Shown one piece after another: positions 21,241 to 32,185 of a DNA stretch of 64,000 nt. The position numbers were made by a program, and so were the translations under genes. Origin of the DNA: an uncultured Chloroflexia bacterium (lineage in GTDB: Bacteria > Chloroflexota > Anaerolineae > CG2-30-64-16); the NCBI GenBank assembly GCA_963810095.1, contig CAWEMM010000006.1:1312001-1376000 (forward strand). Reading direction: 5' to 3'. Position 1 is the stretch's first letter; each line of letters begins with the position of its first letter. The notes beneath the pieces were generated by a model, which saw only the letters and a list, made by a program, of their open reading frames with translations, had not been told where the DNA came from and did no database searches.

Positions 21241-21396
21241 GACGGTCTCCGAGGCAGGGGAAGTGCTTACTCTTGTACCCGCAACCGGGTCCTTTGTCAA
21301 GTGTGTCGAGACACGGCGGCTTAAGAAAGAGGACATGGGCTGCGTCATTGCGCGGGGCGCAGGCGTGTGCTATTCATAACAAACGTGAGAGGACCA

Positions 21397-22224
21397 ATGC
21401 AGTTACTCAATTCCGTCGATTACATTTTTTCGGGTGGGTTGGCCGCGGACGCACCGCACGACCTGGCGGTGGCCGCCGTCCTTGCCGGTCGGGCCGCCGG
21501 TCGGGTGTACGCCGACGACCCGGACGCGCCACGCCTCGCGCTCGTGTCGCCGCATTGGGGGCGGCTCTATGTGCTGGGCCGGGCGAATGCGCAGGCGGCA
21601 TCGGCACTGGCGGCGCTCGTGCAAGAGCAGATCACGCCGGCGGCCCGGGCCGCCGGCGCATCGGTCTTCACCCTGGCCTGCCCTCCCGACTGGGAGCCCT
21701 ACCTGTCGGAAGCGCTGCAGAGCACCCGTGCCGTGCCGGCCGACCGCCAGTATTATCGTTGGGCCGGCGAAGCCTATCCTCGCTTCGAGCCGCCCGACGG
21801 CTTCACCCTGCTGCGCGTCGACGAAGGGCTGCTGGCCCGCCCCGAAATCCGCGACCTGCAGCTCCTGGCGGAGGAGATGGCCTCCGAACGGACATCCGTC
21901 GACGACTTCCTGGCGCGCAGCTTCGGCGTTGCTGCCCTTTGGCAGGACCGGCTGGCCGGCTGGTGCCTGTCCGAGTACAACACCGAGACCCGGTGCGAGG
22001 TGGGCATCGCGACGCTGGAGCCGTTCCAGCGTCGCGGCCTGGCGTCCGCGCTGGGCTGCGCCTTCCTTGACATGGCACGGGCCCAGGCCATGTCGGAGGT
22101 GGGCTGGCACTGCTGGAAGCGCAACGTCCCCTCTGCCGCCAGCGCGCTGAAGATCGGCCTGGCCCACGTGGCAGACTATCCGGTTAGGTTCGGCTGGTAT
22201 AATGAGAGCGATGCGCCCCGCTAG
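21397..22224 (+). CDS. GNAT family acetyltransferase
   Basis: EVGIATLEPFQRRGLA, WHCWKRNVPS..ALKIG; GAGAGG RBS. Confidence 0.85.
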   Translation: MQLLNSVDYIFSGGLAADAPHDLAVAAVLAGRAAGRVYADDPDAPRLALVSPHWGRLYVLGRANAQAASALAALVQEQITPAARAAGASVFTLACPPDWEPYLSEALQSTRAVPADRQYYRWAGEAYPRFEPPDGFTLLRVDEGLLARPEIRDLQLLAEEMASERTSVDDFLARSFGVAALWQDRLAGWCLSEYNTETRCEVGIATLEPFQRRGLASALGCAFLDMARAQAMSEVGWHCWKRNVPSAASALKIGLAHVADYPVRFGWYNESDAPR

Positions 22225-22279
22225 TTGCTGGGGCGGGCACGACCGTCATTTGCACAGGACACTCGAAGAGGAGTAACCG

Positions 22280-23597
22280 ATGAAAACCGCCTCACGTCGC
22301 CGCTGGTCAGTCGTCGCCATCTTCTTTGTTTTCATGCTGCTGCACCAGTCTGACAAGCTCCTGATCGGCACCCTGACGCCGAACATCATGGCCACCTTCG
22401 GGATCACCATGACCGCAATGGGCGCGGTCTCGACCGGCGCGCTGATCGTTGGCGCCATCTTTTATCCCTTGTGGGGCTACCTTTATGACCGCTACGGCCG
22501 GGCCAAGCTCCTCGCGCTGGCCTCCTTCCTGTGGGGCGCGACAACCTGGCTGAATGCGCTGGCCCCGACCTTCCGCACGTTCCTGGTGACCCGCGCCAGC
22601 ACGGGCATCGACGATTCGAGCTACCCCGGCATCTACAGCCTCGTAGCCGACTACTTCCCCCCGCGCATGCGCGGCAAGGTCTACGGCATTCTCCAGCTCA
22701 CCATGCCGCTCGGATTCCTCTCCGGCATGCTGTTGGCCCTCGCCCTGCGCGATACCATCGGCTGGCGCGGCGTCTTCTTTATCACCGGCTCGCTGGGCGT
22801 GCTGCTCGCCATCGTCATCTTCTTCGGAGTCAAGGAGGCGCCCCGCGGCGCAAGCGAGCCCGAGCTCGCAGGCGTCGAGGGCGCGCAGACCTACCATTTC
22901 AACTGGCAAACCGCCCGCGGTCTCTTTGCCAAGCCGACGCTGCGCCTGCTCTTCGCCCAGGGCTTCTTCGGCGTCTTCCCCTGGAACGTCATCACGTTCT
23001 GGTTCTTCACCTACCTGGAGAAGGAGCGGGGCTATACGGGCACGTCCCTGTTCATCACCATGGGGTTGGCCGTCATCGTCCTGGCCGCCGGCTATCCCAT
23101 CGGCGGTGCGCTGGGCGACGCGCTTTCCGCCGCGACCCCGCGGCCGGGCCGTCGTCGCCACGATCGGCGTCCTCCTTGGCGCCGTGCTCATGTTCATTAC
23201 TATGTCGGTGCCGACGGCAAATCAGGGCCTGTTCCTGGTCATGCTGGCGCTGACCGCGCTGTTCATCCCGTTTGCCTCGCCAAACGTCACCTCGACCGTG
23301 TATGACGTGACCCTCCCCGAGGTGCGCAGCACGGCCCTCTCGATCCAGTACTTCATCGAGTCGGCCGGCGCGGCCCTTGCGCCGCTGATTGCCGGCTACA
23401 TCGCCGACCGGTCGTCGCTGCACGACGCCATCCTATGGATCTGCGTGTCGACGTGGCTGGTCTGCGCCGTGTGCTACGCCTTCGTCGCGCGCTTCGTGCG
23501 CGGGGATATCGCGGTGCTGCACGGCCAGCTGCAAGCCCGCGCCAGCGAGCAACGGGCGGCCCAGCAAGCCGGCGCGGAGCCCGCGGTTTTGCTCTAG
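22280..23597 (+). CDS. MFS transporter (frame break ~23125)
   Basis: GYLYDRYGR motif A; ~12 hydrophobic segments over two frames. Confidence 0.88.
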
Positions 23598-23765
23598 AGC
23601 CTCGGCCCCGCGCTGCTGGGCAACGCGGGACGAAACAGGACACTGATTGAACGGATTCGACTGATTCTCATGATCCTTTTTTCCTAAGGGCATTCCAGAT
23701 CAGTTTCAACCAGTTGCATCAGTGTCCCGTTTCAAGTCAGATACTTATTCGGATCGGAGCAGTTT

Positions 23766-24278
23766 GTGAAAGAAACGATCGTCCTGGTCATGCACGGAGT
23801 GCCGCCGCGCGACTTCCCGCCGCGGGAGATCGCCGAACTGATGGGGTTGCAGAACCGGCTGGAGCACGGCGCCGTGCCACCCCACGAGCGGCCGGCCGCA
23901 CAGGCCCGCTTCGAGGAGCTCGACGCAAAGGTACGGGGCTGGCCCAGACACGCCGAAAACGACACCTTCTACATGGCTTCACAGGAATTGGCCGCGGAGC
24001 TGGGGGCCGCGACAGGCCGCGAGGTCATCCTGGCCTTCAACGAGTTCTGCGCGCCCGCCGTGCCGGCCGCGCTGGATGCTGCGGCGGCAGGCGGGGCCGA
24101 GCGCGTCGTCGTGATCACGCCCATGCTCACCCCCGGCGGCGAGCACTCGGAGGTCGAGATTCCGGCCCAGGTGGACGAGGCACACGTCCGCCACCAGGGC
24201 GTCGAGTTCGCCTACGCCTGGCCCTATGCCATGGCCGACGTCGCGGCCTTCCTGGCCCGCCGGATCGAGCAGCTGTAA
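23766..24278 (+). CDS. cbiX: Sirohydrochlorin chelatase, short CbiX/SirB type
   Basis: VLVMHG, AFNEFCAP, TPMLTPGGEHSEVEIP. Confidence 0.75.
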   Translation: MKETIVLVMHGVPPRDFPPREIAELMGLQNRLEHGAVPPHERPAAQARFEELDAKVRGWPRHAENDTFYMASQELAAELGAATGREVILAFNEFCAPAVPAALDAAAAGGAERVVVITPMLTPGGEHSEVEIPAQVDEAHVRHQGVEFAYAWPYAMADVAAFLARRIEQL

Positions 24279-24468
24279 CCCCTCCGACACAGGCGCCGGG
24301 TTGCTGCCGCCAGCCAAGCTGACGCACGGGACCCCGGCGTCGCCCCGCCGGTCCCTCTCCTGTTTGTGGTTGGCCCGGCGTTTGCTTCGGCGCGAAACCT
24401 CCCCGCCGCTTCTCCGTATAGTATCCAAGAAGGAAACAGCGATCGCCGCAAGGCGGGGAGGACTATCC

Positions 24469-24729
24469 ATGGACGAGCAAAAGGTTACCACCGAAGAAAT
24501 TCGGGTGCAGGGCGAGCAGATCGTCGCCAAGATTCAGGAACTGATGCGGCAGGGCAACGTCCGCCGGATCACCGTCAAGAACGAGGCAGGGGCCACCCTC
24601 TTCGACCTCCCGCTGACGCTCGGCGTCGTCGGCGCGCTGCTCCTGCCCCAGTTGGCTGCAGTGGGCCTGGTCGTGATGCTGCTGGGCCGCGGCCGCCTCG
24701 TGGTGGAAAAGATCGGCGAGGAGATCTAG
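24469..24729 (+). CDS. DUF4342-like small protein
   Basis: ELMRQGNVRRITVK...DLPLTLG; GGAGG RBS. Confidence 0.75.
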   Translation: MDEQKVTTEEIRVQGEQIVAKIQELMRQGNVRRITVKNEAGATLFDLPLTLGVVGALLLPQLAAVGLVVMLLGRGRLVVEKIGEEI

Positions 24730-24730
24730 C

Positions 24731-25108
24731 ATGAACTCACTGACCCACGACCAGATGCGGCAGCACGCACAGATCGTTGCCTGGCTCAACATCGCCGGCG
24801 CCGTCATCATGCTGCTGATCGCAGCCTTTCTCATGATCCTGCTGCCGAGCATCGGCGCGATGTCTGGCGACCGCGACGCGCTCGGCATCCTGGCCATCGT
24901 CGGCGTCAGCGTCGGCGGCTTCATGATCGTGTTGGCCCTGCCCGGACTGCTGGCGGGCATCGGCCTGCTGCGCCGCCGGAATTGGGGCCGCATCCTGGCG
25001 ATCGTCGTCAGCTTCCTGAACTTACTCAACTTCCCGATCGGCACCGTCATCGGCGCCTACTCGCTGTGGGTGCTGTTCCAGGACACCGCGGCCGGGTACT
25101 TCGACTAA
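24731..25108 (+). CDS. Small membrane protein
   Basis: GIGLL..RNWGRILAI...FPIGTVIGAYSLWVL; several TM segments. Confidence 0.75.
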   Translation: MNSLTHDQMRQHAQIVAWLNIAGAVIMLLIAAFLMILLPSIGAMSGDRDALGILAIVGVSVGGFMIVLALPGLLAGIGLLRRRNWGRILAIVVSFLNLLNFPIGTVIGAYSLWVLFQDTAAGYFD

Positions 25109-25121
25109 GTCCCGTGGCCGG

Positions 25122-25186
25122 TGAGACCCGGTTTCCGCACTTTCAGCGCCCTGCTCTTCCAGCGCGCCGAGGCGAAACCGGGTCTC
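25122..25186. repeat. Family C palindrome (AGAAACCGGGTTTCT-like); related copies at ~4437-4460, ~5105-5133, ~41790-41815, ~45796-45828
   Basis: GAGACCCGGTTTC...GAAACCGGGTCTC arms; recurs at gene ends. Confidence 0.65.
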
Positions 25187-25246
25187 TTGTTTGCGCCCCC
25201 GTCATGGAGTAGCGCAAAGCTCCATCGTCCTCTATAATCATTCGTA

Positions 25247-26296
25247 ATGACACGTGAAGACATCGTCAAGCTCACCAGTTTGAGCGCCTGCGCAGGCTGA
25301 GCGTCCAAGCTGCCGCCTGAGCAGCTGGCGCAGGTCCTGCGCTCGCTCGAAAACCAGTTTCCGGCCGAGCAGCATCCCAATCTGCTGGTCGGCCTTGGCG
25401 CGCCCGACGATGCCGCGGTCTACCGGCTGAATGACGAGCAGGCCCTGATTCAGACCGTCGACTTCTTCACCCCCATCGTCGACACGCCCTACGAATACGG
25501 CGCCATCGCGGCCGCCAACGCGCTCAGCGACGTCTATGCGATGGGCGGCCAGGTCCTCTTTGCGCTGAACATCGCCGCGTTCCCGCCCAATCTCCCCGCC
25601 GAGCTTCTGGCCGAAATCCTGCGCGGGGGCGCCGATGTGGTCCGCTCGGTCGGCGCGGCCATCGCCGGCGGGCACACGATCCAAGACAAGGAACCCAAAT
25701 ACGGGCTGGTGGTGACCGGGCTGGTCCGCCCGGATCGCATCCTGACGAAGGGCGGCGCTCGGCCCGGCGACTTGCTTCTCCTGACGAAGCGACTCGGCAC
25801 GGGTGTGATTACGACCGCAGTTAAGCGCGACCTGGCCGCGCCCGAACACCTGGCCGCGGCCGTGCAGAGCATGATGCGGCTCAACAAAGTTGCCTCGGAA
25901 GCCTGCCAGGCCGGCGGGGTCAAATCCGCCACCGATATCACCGGGTTTGGGTTGCTCGGCCACGCGCTCGAAATGGCCGAGGCGTCGGGCGTTCGCTTCC
26001 GCATCCGGTTTGACGAGCTGCCCTGGCTGCCCGGCGCGCCGGGCTATGCCGAAGGCTGGGTCTTTGCGGGGGGCGCATTCAATAACCGCACGTATTACGG
26101 CCCGGCGGTCAGCTATGCGCGCCCGCTTGAGGAGTGGCAGCAGCTGCTGCTGCACGACCCGCAGACTTCCGGCGGGCTGTTGGCGGCTGTTCCCGCCGTG
26201 GGCCTGGCAGACTTCCTGGATTACTGCCGGGAACACGGGCAGGAGGCGTTTGTGATTGGCGAAGTGGTTGAGGGAGAAGGGATCGAGATCGTGTGA
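25247..26296 (+). CDS. selD: Selenide, water dikinase (selenophosphate synthetase), selenoprotein form with UGA=Sec at codon 18
   Basis: MTREDIVKLTSLSACAG-TGA(25298-25300)-ASKL continues in frame into DDAAVY, QTVDFFTP, NALSDVYAMGG, GGHT, TDITGFGLLGH, DPQTSGGLL. Confidence 0.95.
25319..25348 (+). promoter_or_regulatory. Candidate bacterial SECIS element
   Basis: GCGCAG-GTC-CTGCGC apical hairpin with a G-first loop ~33 nt after the UGA, closed by GAGC/GCTC. Confidence 0.65.
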
Positions 26297-27210
26297 GCCG
26301 TTTTTCGCGGTACATTTCGATCTTCCTGGTGGCCCTGCTCGGGGGAGCCGTGGGCGCGCTCGGGGTTTGGTTCGTGATCGGCCGCGCCGAGCCCCGCCAA
26401 ACCGCACGGGCCGAGATCGTCAACCTGCTCCCGACCGCTGCCCCAACGTCCACCCGTCTGCTGGACACGCCAACCCCGCTCCCGATCGTCACCCGGGGGT
26501 TCCCCACGCCGACCGAAACGCCGCGGCCCACCACGACGCCCCTCCCCACGCCTACGCCGCTGCCCTCGCTCGCCGAAATCTTCGCCAAGGTCAACCCGTC
26601 GATCGTGACCGTGGTCAACGCCCGAGCCGTGCCCGGCATCAACAATTCGACGTCTGAGGAACTGGTCTGGGGTTCGGGCGTCATCATCGATTCCCGCGGC
26701 TACGTCCTCACGAACGAGCACGTGGCGGGCGCGGCCCAAGAGCTGCTCGTGACCATGTCCGATGGGCGGACGGCACCTGCGCGCTATGTGGCCGGCGACG
26801 GGCTGGCCGACCTCGCACTCATCAAGATCGAGCGCGATTTCCGGTTTCAGAAGCTGCCCTGGGGTGACTCGCGGCGCCTTCAGATCGCCGACCCGGTGGC
26901 CGTGGTCGGCAGCCCGCTGGGCAACCTGCGCAACAGCGTGACGACCGGGGTCATCAGCGGCCTGGACCGTACGGTGTACGTGGAATCGACCAGTGCGGTG
27001 TCCGGCCTGATCCAGACGGATGCGGCCATTAACCGAGGCAATTCGGGCGGCGCGCTGGTCGACGATCGCGGCCGCCTGATCGGGATCGTGACGCTCATTA
27101 TTCGCGAGACGACGATCAACGAGGACCCGCTCGTGCAGGGCATCGGGTTCGCCATCCCTTCGAACGACGCCCGCGCCCTGGCCGACGAGTGGTTGACAGA
27201 AGACAACTAG
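26293..27210 (+). CDS. Membrane-anchored trypsin-like (HtrA/S1C) serine protease without PDZ domain
   Basis: N-terminal TM, PT-rich linker, TNEHV, DLALIK, QTDAAINRGNSGG. Confidence 0.9.
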   Translation: MSRFSRYISIFLVALLGGAVGALGVWFVIGRAEPRQTARAEIVNLLPTAAPTSTRLLDTPTPLPIVTRGFPTPTETPRPTTTPLPTPTPLPSLAEIFAKVNPSIVTVVNARAVPGINNSTSEELVWGSGVIIDSRGYVLTNEHVAGAAQELLVTMSDGRTAPARYVAGDGLADLALIKIERDFRFQKLPWGDSRRLQIADPVAVVGSPLGNLRNSVTTGVISGLDRTVYVESTSAVSGLIQTDAAINRGNSGGALVDDRGRLIGIVTLIIRETTINEDPLVQGIGFAIPSNDARALADEWLTEDN

Positions 27211-27240
27211 CGAATAGGCCGGCTTGGTCGGGGTGGCGCC

Positions 27241-28671
27241 TCATGCTCCCCTGGGCCGCACGAAGAGCGTGGTGATCGCGGACAACACGAACATCACCCC
27301 GAACATCCCCATGAGCAGCACGTAGCCCGAGTGGTCGGCGATCGTTCCGCCGATATACGCCCCGATGGCACCGGCCCCGGCCCCGGCCAGGTTCTGCAGG
27401 CCCAGAAACTCCCCCGCGCGCTCCCGGGGGATGATGTCGGTGCCCAGCGCCCACGAAGCGACGTTGAACAGCGCGTAAGCCAGGCCGATCACGCCCGCGG
27501 CCACGTAGAGCAGCGGCAGGCTGCTGGCAAACACCATCAGCGCGACGCCGGCTGCCCCAATCAGGCTGCCCAGCGCGGTCAACAGCCGGCGGTCGAAACG
27601 GTCCGACAGCCAGCCGGCGCCCAGGCCGAAGAGGATGACGAAGCCCCCCAGGATCATCGGCAGCAGCCCCGCCAGCTCGACGGCCGCGTTCGCTCCGAGA
27701 TTGAGCTTCTCCTGGATGAAGTAAAGCAGGAAGACCGCGATGTTGTTGATGGCCACCAGCGCCGCGAGCCGCGAGATGATCCACCAGGTGAAGGCGCGGC
27801 TCTCGCGCACCGACTTGTCCAGGTGCACGGCCAGGCTGGCGAAGATGCCTACCACAACGGCCACGAACATCGCCAGCACGCCAATTAGGCCGAAGGTGAA
27901 GCGTGAAGCATTGCCGAGCAGCGCCACCAGCCACTTCACCACCTGGCCGAGCCCCAGGATGACCAGGACGAAGACCGCGGTCATCAGCAGGAGGCTGGCG
28001 AACGGGCGCCAGTCGAGCGCGCTAACACCGGTTTGCGGCCGCCGCTCACGAACGAGCATCGTCAGCCCGGCACAGGCGGCCATGACTGCGCAGGTGACCG
28101 CGATGGCCGCCGTCAGGTTCCCCTTGGCCACCATTGGCGCCACGACGAGCCCCACCACGGCCAGCGGCAGCGGGATTTCGAGCAGCATCTTGACGCCCGA
28201 GGTGATGCCGCGCTTCGCCTGGGGCACAACATCCGGAATCAGCCCCTGCGTGCCCGCCTGTGACATGTTATTGAAAACCATGGACAGCATGTACGCGCCG
28301 AAGAGGAAGGTGTAGCCCGTCATCCCCTGCAGCCCGGCGATCCGGGCGATGGCCAGGATCACGACGATCTCGACGAGCGTGCCGGCGAGGATGAACGGCC
28401 GCCGGCGCCCCCACCTGAGCCGGGAATGATCGCTGAGCAGGCCGAACATCGCTTGCGCCAGCAGCGCAAGCATCAGGCCCCACAGCCGGATCGTGCCGAA
28501 GTACGACCCCTTCTGGGCCTCGCCCACGAATCCCTGTACCAACAGCGGCACCAGCAGGCCGGCCAGCACCTGCGAGCGCAAGGTCAGGGAGAACCAGTTG
28601 ATGTTGATAGTGAGGTGGTCGTACCAGCGCACGTTCCGTGAAGCGGCGTTTGCTTCCAATGCGACGGCCAT
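27241..28671 (-). CDS. MFS transporter (possibly sugar/glycoside)
   Basis: GLLSDHSRLRWGRRRPF, GWLSDRFDRR; start at MAVALEAN. Confidence 0.85.
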   Translation of the reverse strand: MAVALEANAASRNVRWYDHLTININWFSLTLRSQVLAGLLVPLLVQGFVGEAQKGSYFGTIRLWGLMLALLAQAMFGLLSDHSRLRWGRRRPFILAGTLVEIVVILAIARIAGLQGMTGYTFLFGAYMLSMVFNNMSQAGTQGLIPDVVPQAKRGITSGVKMLLEIPLPLAVVGLVVAPMVAKGNLTAAIAVTCAVMAACAGLTMLVRERRPQTGVSALDWRPFASLLLMTAVFVLVILGLGQVVKWLVALLGNASRFTFGLIGVLAMFVAVVVGIFASLAVHLDKSVRESRAFTWWIISRLAALVAINNIAVFLLYFIQEKLNLGANAAVELAGLLPMILGGFVILFGLGAGWLSDRFDRRLLTALGSLIGAAGVALMVFASSLPLLYVAAGVIGLAYALFNVASWALGTDIIPRERAGEFLGLQNLAGAGAGAIGAYIGGTIADHSGYVLLMGMFGVMFVLSAITTLFVRPRGA

Positions 28672-28690
28672 CGGCTCGCCCCTTTCTGCG

Positions 28691-31211
28691 TTAACGGACC
28701 GGCGATGGCCGGCCCAGCCCCGCGCCGTCCCAGATCCTGTGCGCAGGCGTTGCGATGGAATGGTCTTCGTTAAGCACGAGGTACGGATAGGCAAAGGCTT
28801 CTGCTGCGTGCTGCAGCGCGTCCGGCGGCGCGTCGCCCTGGTACGGCGCGATGAGGAGGCTGAACTCCTGCACCCGCCCGTTGTACGAGGGCGCGTAAGA
28901 CTTGATGTGGTCAGACGCGGAGAAGGTGGTGGCCAACAAGTTCCCGAGCCCGGTGTCCGCAGTCGCGTACCGGTACTGCTTGCCCCAGTAGGTGCCAAAA
29001 GGATTCAGCCGGACGCGCAGCACACCCCCCTGCCGCCGGGTGCGCAGCGGGCAGAAGGCCATCCCACTGGCCGCATCCGCGCTTTGCGCCACCAGCAGGC
29101 CCCGCTCGCCGTCGGAAACGGCCACCCAGGCGTGCGTGATCTGGTTATTCGCGCTGTCCAACTCGTCATTCTCTGAGAAGCGGCCGTAATCCAGGCCGAA
29201 GTTGCTGACGTGGTCGCAGTAGTTGTGTTTCCACACCCGCAGCGCGCCGGCCGAGGGCCGCCCCGAGGGCCGGCGCAATCTCGCACGGCCAGACCTCCTG
29301 CCAGTTGCCGTCCCAGGCTTGCTGCAGTCGCTCGGCCTTCCCCCGGTCGTAGTCCCGGTCGGGCGTGCGGGGATAGACAACGCGCGTCGAAACGTAGATA
29401 AACGGCAGGTCTTGCGCCAGCAGGATTTCACGCTCGAATTCGGCCGTCAGGCCGCCCGGCAGGGCAACCGCGCCTTTCAGCCGCTTCACCCCCACCACGC
29501 CCAACGCCAACGACGCCGTCAGGGTCCAGCGTTCAACCTCGCACTGCTTGTTCCCGTAGGTCAGACCGCTGCGCAGAAAACGGCCCAGCCCCAATTCTGC
29601 CCCGCCAAACGTGATGCCGGCCACCTGCCCCTGTTCGTCGAAACGGACCTGCAGCGCATCATTTTGCAGGAAGCCGCTCCGCACGACGACCGGCACGGCC
29701 GGGTCGGCACTCGCCTCGCCGGGAACCAGCCTATAATCCTTGCGCTCGTTCGGCTCGAAGCGCTCCACAAACAACAGCTCGCGCCGCTCGCCGGTTGTCA
29801 ACACGGCCGAGGCCACCTCCGCTCCGTCGCCGCTCTGGACGAGGGGCCGCTCGGGCGCCGCGCCTCCCAGCGGCAGGCGTACGAGCCCGCGTGAAGGGTG
29901 CGCCCGGTAGGTGACCAGTCCGGTGGAATCCCCGCGCGCATAATCGACCAGGCTGAAGGAAGGGCGATCTTGTGCGCCGGCCGCGTTGTCCAGGCTTGCC
30001 GCGGCCAGCTCGAAAGCCCGGGCCGCCGCATCGACCGCGCACTGCACCAGGTCTCGGCCGATCCCCTCGCGCGTCACGTTCATGACGGGCGCAGCCATCC
30101 CGAAGTGCGTGGTCGACAGGATCTTCAGCCGTGCTTCGAACGATTCGTCGAGCAGCGCCTGCACCGCGGGGGGCGGATCGCCGTCAAGCAGCCGGTGCGT
30201 TTGAAGCTCCAGGATGCGGGCACGTTCGAGCCCGGTCCACAGCCGGTGGTTCGACCACTTCTCGGCCCAGCTCGAGTGCCCGTCGAAGCTCCCGTCCGCG
30301 GTGTCCTGGCCGATCACGATGCTGCCTACCGGCCCGTGCGCGTCAAGATACTCGCCGGGGGTTGCGAACCTTACATAATCCAGGTCCGCGACGTTCTCCA
30401 CCAGCCCCCGCAGCCCGCTTGCGGTCGAGAAGCGCCCCTTGAGCAAGGGCACGTCGAAACCCACCCAGAACTCGTCGTCCGCGTCCATGTCGATCAGCAA
30501 GAGGGCGTCCTGGGGCTTGTGCAGGCCCAGCTGCTGGCGCCGCATCTGCTTCACCCAGCGGCGGAGCGTCAGGTGATCGGCCAGGTCTCCGGTGTTGTAG
30601 CAAGGCAGCAGGGTCATGGTTTCGGCGATGCCGGGGTAGGTCAGCGTGAGCGGATTGTAGCGCTCGACAAACGTCAGGGGCCGCACGAAGTTGCTGAACC
30701 CGTTGAAGGGGAGGGCCGAGTAGTAGAGGCTGATCGTGTCGATGCCGCACGCAGGGTACAGCTTGAGGTGGATCGGGGTGTAAAGCATCTCCTGCGGCCT
30801 GACGACCGGCCGGAACCCCCCGCCGAACAGGTCGGCCAGCCCCGAGCCCTGCGAGTTGGTCACGCCCCGCCGGATCGCCGCCTCGAATTCCCTGGCCGTG
30901 TGTGCGTCGATCAGCCCGTTGTTATAGGACATCAGGTGCATTTCGTCGCCCGCGCCGCTCACCCGCCGCTGCAGCCCCCTGATGAGATCGGGGCAGTGGA
31001 CCGGCATGATGGTTTCCAGCGAGAAGAAATTCTCGAAGTCCCACGTCGCCCGCACAGGCACGCCCTCCGCGTTCAGCGCGTCGAGCGTCTGGATCAGGTG
31101 ACGGATGATGCGGATGTCCTTGCCGAAGCCGAGTTCGTCGGGGGTGTCGCCCCGGTAGGAATGATAGAAGCTGCCGTGGAAACGGAAGGCGAGGTAGATG
31201 TGAGGGGTCAA
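28691..31211 (-). CDS. Glycoside hydrolase-like protein, GH57/GH38-type N-terminal barrel (frame break ~29260)
   Basis: N-terminal FRFH..YH, VRPQEM, DMDAD, FATPGEY, DGHSSWA, HFG pattern followed by a beta-rich region; family call tentative. Confidence 0.55.
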
Positions 31212-31345
31212 CGCGTTTGCCTTTCGCCTGGGCTGGAGCGGCAAGGTTCCCTTGCCCTGCAGCCCGCTGAGTTAGTTCCACCCCGCGAGCTAGTTATTCT
31301 CGCACATCGCACTCCATCTCAATCAGACCCAATCCCCACCCACGC

Positions 31346-32185
31346 TCAATCCCCACCCACTTCAAACTCAAAACGCCGCTTAAAACGACGCAGCACCCGC
31401 AAAATCGGAGCGCCGAACAGCAGGATCAGCGCCGCATTCCCAATCGCACGCGCGGCATCCCACCAGGCGGACGTGACCAGGTAGAACACGGCGTAGTTGC
31501 GCAGTACCTGCGCCGGCCCCATTCCCGGCGCATATGCACCGCCGGCCGCCTGGCTGGCGTCGCCCTGAACGAAGGGCCAGAACCAGATATTCATGATGGC
31601 GCCGAAGATCAGGCCCAAGACGGCCCCCCAGGCGGCTAGCATCACCGGCTCCCGACGCCGGTGATTCGGGAACTGCGGGAGAAATGCCGACAGCATCCCC
31701 ATCCAGCCGGTCGCAAACATCTGGTAGGGCAGCCACGGACCGATCCCGCCGCCGATCAGTGCCGACACCAGCAGCGAGAGTGATCCCAGAAGAAAACCAA
31801 AGGTAGGACCATAAGCATACCCTGTAAGAATCGGAAGTACAAAGATCGCGTTGAAGCCTGCAGGGCCCGGGACAGCTCGGAGCACGGCGTTCACTGCCAC
31901 CAGCACGCCCAGCACCGCGACCAGCTTGCTGGTCATCTGCCGGCCCGTGAGGTTGGCAAATACGGCGCTGAGGCACAGGCCGAGCAGCATGACGGTGAGC
32001 AGCGGCGCATCGTTCGCGTGCGCTCCCATTGCGGATGTGGCACCCGGTCCGCCGTCAGAGAGGCTGGGGAGGAAGAAAGGATAGAGGAACGCGCCGAGCC
32101 CGATCAGGCTCGCCAACACCATGATGGCGGCCGAAAGCAACTTCGACGACGCGGCCGCTCGGCTTGAAGTGCGCACCACGGCCAT
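31346..32185 (-). CDS. ECF transporter S component, cobalamin-type (CbrT-like)
   Basis: YGPTFGFLLG, GIGPWLPYQMF, WDAARAIGN; last gene of B12-riboswitch operon. Confidence 0.8.
   Translation of the reverse strand: MAVVRTSSRAAASSKLLSAAIMVLASLIGLGAFLYPFFLPSLSDGGPGATSAMGAHANDAPLLTVMLLGLCLSAVFANLTGRQMTSKLVAVLGVLVAVNAVLRAVPGPAGFNAIFVLPILTGYAYGPTFGFLLGSLSLLVSALIGGGIGPWLPYQMFATGWMGMLSAFLPQFPNHRRREPVMLAAWGAVLGLIFGAIMNIWFWPFVQGDASQAAGGAYAPGMGPAQVLRNYAVFYLVTSAWWDAARAIGNAALILLFGAPILRVLRRFKRRFEFEVGGD

Noticed and set aside
27241-28998. Long N-terminal extension on the MFS ORF
   Set aside because: It overlaps the upstream hydrolase in another frame; ATG 28671 with an AAAGGG SD is the plausible start.
31212-31345. 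Possible c-di-GMP riboswitch upstream of the hydrolase (GGCAAA, GAAA loop)
   Set aside because: I could not build the two-hairpin GEMM architecture; the match is too weak.
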